Part shown: piece by piece, positions 61,278 to 64,000 of the stretch
Layout of the letters: each line of letters begins with the position of its first letter
Numbering within the stretch: the first letter of the stretch is position 1
Assembly: GCF_963921235.1 (NCBI RefSeq)
Contig: NC_086097.1
Coordinates: forward strand, 245,398,001-245,462,000
Length of the DNA stretch: 64,000 bases
From: Mobula hypostoma
Lineage: Eukaryota
Reading direction: 5' to 3'
Translations under genes and position numbers: made by a program
Notes under the pieces: model-generated
Told to the model about the DNA's origin: nothing
Database searches by the model: none
What the model saw: only the letters and a program-made list of their open reading frames with translations

Positions 61278-62084
61278 ATTGTAACACTATTTTATTTGTA
61301 TGATCATTTCACAGTTTAAAGTTCAAACTAAATTTATTATCAAAGTACATATATGTCACTTTGGGATTCACTTTCTTGCAGGCATTTGTAGGAAAATAAA
61401 GAAATACAGTAGAATTCATGAAAAATTATAAATAATAAATTTTGCCAAATAACCAATAAGCAAAAGAGGACAGATTGTTCAAATAATAAAAAAACAAAAG
61501 AAAATAACACTGAGAACAAGAGTTGCAGAGTCCTTGAAAGTGTGTCTGTAGGTTGTGGAATCAGTTCAGAGCTGATTTGCATGAAGTTATCTATGCTGGT
61601 TCAGGAGCCTGATGGTTCTAAGACAAATAGCTATTCCTGTGAACCTGCTCCTGGCCTGAGGCTCCTGTACCTCCTGCCAGATGGTAGTAGTGAGAAGAGA
61701 GCATGGCCTAGATGATGGGGATCTTTCGTGGTGGATGCTGCTTTCTTGTGGCAGTGCTCAATGGCGGGAAGGGCTGTTCCTGTGAAGGGTGGGGCTTTAT
61801 TCACCACTTTCTGCAGTCCGTTCCAAGCATGTGAAGCAATCAATCTCTGGCACCATTTTGCTTTCCACTGCCGCCATCTCTACGCCAGCTGCAGCCGTTG
61901 CATTATCAGCAGTGGCTCATCTGTTGGCTTCTTTGTCTCTGAAGCGAAAGGTTGTGGGTTAACACGTGGTTTTGTGCTGAAGAAAAGCAGGAGAAACTCT
62001 GTTAAGAGTCCTGCCATAAACCTGTATTATTCCTTCATATCAGCCCTTTCAAAGTGAAACACCTCACACTTTACCAGAATTAGC

Positions 62085-62720
62085 CAGTGTGGAGGAACAG
62101 AGAGATCTTGGTGTCCATGCTCATAGATAGGTGGCCACGCAAGTTTGTTAGTGTGGTTAGTCTGGTGTATTAGTCAGGGGACTGAGTTCAAGAGCCACAA
62201 GGTAATGTTGCAGCTCTATAAAACTCCTGTTAGACCACGGTTGGAGAATTGTGTTCAGTTCTGGTTGCCTCATTATAGGAAGGACGTGGAAGCTTTAGAA
62301 AGGTTGCAGAGGAGATTTGCCTAGATTAGAAAACATGCCTTATGAGGATATGTTGAACAACCTAAGGGGTTTTTCTTTGGAGTGAAGGAGGATGAGAAGT
62401 GACTTGACGGAAATGTACAAGATGGTAAGAGTCACAGATCAAGTAGATAGCTAGGAGAACATTTCCTGGGCGGGGTGGGGAATGGAATACAAGGAGACAT
62501 GACTTCAGGGTGAATAGAGGAAAGTATAGGGAGGGGTGTCACAGAGAGTGGTGGGTGCGTAGAACACCCTGCTAGAGATGGTGGTAGTGGCAGATACATT
62601 AGGGAGATTGAAGATAGGCACATGGATGATAGAAAAATAGAGGGCTATGTGGGATGGATCTTGGAGTAGATTAAAGGGACGGCACAACATCGTGTGCAGA
62701 AGGGTCTGTACTTTGTGTAA
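62085..62720 (+). mobile_element. CR1 LINE 3' fragment, degenerate
   Basis: Degenerate coding for MLQLYKTPVRPRLENCVQFWLPHYRKDVEALERLQRRF. Confidence 0.8.
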
Positions 62721-62989
62721 TGTAATGAGGGTGGGTTTCGGGGCTTTGATGTTTCTATCATTCACTCTATGGGGTTTCTTGTTTTGTGGATGTCTGTGGA
62801 GAGTATGAATTTCAGGTCGTAAACTATACATTCTCTTAAATGAACTTTTAACCTTTGAACCTTTATGTGTTGGGAATTATATATGGTTTTCTGATTACTG
62901 TCTATTATTTAATAATTTGATATTTTTACAAAAAATAAGATTTCAAACCTAGCTTATGTGATTTTCTCTGTGAAAATCCACTGTCCTAC

Positions 62990-63548
62990 ATTAGAATCAT
63001 AGAGACATAGAGCACTACAACACAGAAACATGCCCTTCAGCCCATTTAGTTGATGCCAAACTATTAGTCTGCCTAGTTCCATTTACGACCCATTCCAGGA
63101 CCACAGTCCTCCATACCCCTCTCGTCCATGTACTCATCTAAATTTCTCTTAAATTTTGAAATTGACCCCACATCCACTACTTACACCAGCAGCTTGTTCC
63201 ACACTCTCATGACCCCTCAGATTCCCCTTACACGTTTCACCTTTCACCCTCAACCCATGACCTCTTGTTCTAGTCTCACCCAACCTCAATGGAAAAAGCC
63301 TGCATGCATTTACCCTATCTATACCCCTCATGATTTTGCATGCCTCTATCAAATCTCACCTCATTCTCTTGCACTCCAGGGAATAAAGTTCGAACCTATT
63401 CAACCTTTCTCTATTCCGCTGGTTCTGAACGTCCCTTCAGAGCACAGATAAGGAAAAATTTCTTTTAGCCAGAGATTAAATTTTCTCTGCACTCTTTCGA
63501 ACTTATTGTTAACTTTCCTATAGGTAGGTGACCAGAGCTACACACAGT
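62990..63548 (-). mobile_element. CR1 LINE 3' fragment
   Basis: IEACKIMRGIDRVNA..TRTRGHGLRVKG; catagag tail. Confidence 0.8.
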
Positions 63549-64000
63549 AACGATTGCAACAGTAACCGCACATCATTTACCTTGAAGTGAAATTGTAAGG
63601 TGCTATATAAATGGATGTCTCTCTTTCGCTTGTATTTCAATTAGCTGATGATGGTTTGCCTCAGTTCAATTTTTGCTTGAATGAGGCTTTTATATGAATG
63701 TTTCAAAGCTTTGCCGTTCTTAATGATCACATTTGTGAAGATTATAGCTGGTTCCCAGAGCAGACAGGGTAAAAAAAAATGTTAGTTAAGGCCATGCTGA
63801 AATCACAAAGGAACCCTTAATATAGAGATTAGGTAAATGGCAAAATGCAAGAAAGCTAATTGAAATCCTCTAATCTATGACTTCAGTTGAAAGTGCTGCC
63901 TGATGCCATAAGATTGCTGCTGCTTCATGGCTTTAAGCAACTCATCTAGCTTATCTGGTATTTAAAAGATAGGGTGAACTTATTTTAACAGAATTGAACA

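Overview
Eukaryotic, repeat-dominated non-coding DNA (large intron or intergenic). I found no credible host exon and no intact RNA gene. The repeat set points to a cartilaginous fish, probably a ray (inference): CR1/HER1-type LINEs, V-domain HE1-type SINEs, Rex1/Babar and RTE LINE pieces, Neptune-type Penelope-like elements (PLEs), and Tc1, Tigger and hAT derivatives. The ORFs I could assign are transposon fragments or antisense/repeat artefacts. Highlights: (1) a family of PLE-derived insertions (108 bp to 2.4 kb) with minimal hammerhead ribozyme motifs; five are fold-back and flanked by 14-15 bp target-site duplications (TSDs), and two copies have an intact catalytic core (23139-23174, 47327-47362); (2) a CPEB3/HDV-like ribozyme candidate on the minus strand at 61101-61200 in an RTE-like non-autonomous element; (3) a 60-bp x ~14.5 minisatellite whose unit is an inverted copy of an adjacent PLE palindrome; (4) an RTE fragment with twin-priming inversion geometry. 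TSD and TIR coordinates were read base by base. Boundaries of degenerate repeats are approximate, and family names come from motif recognition, not database searches.
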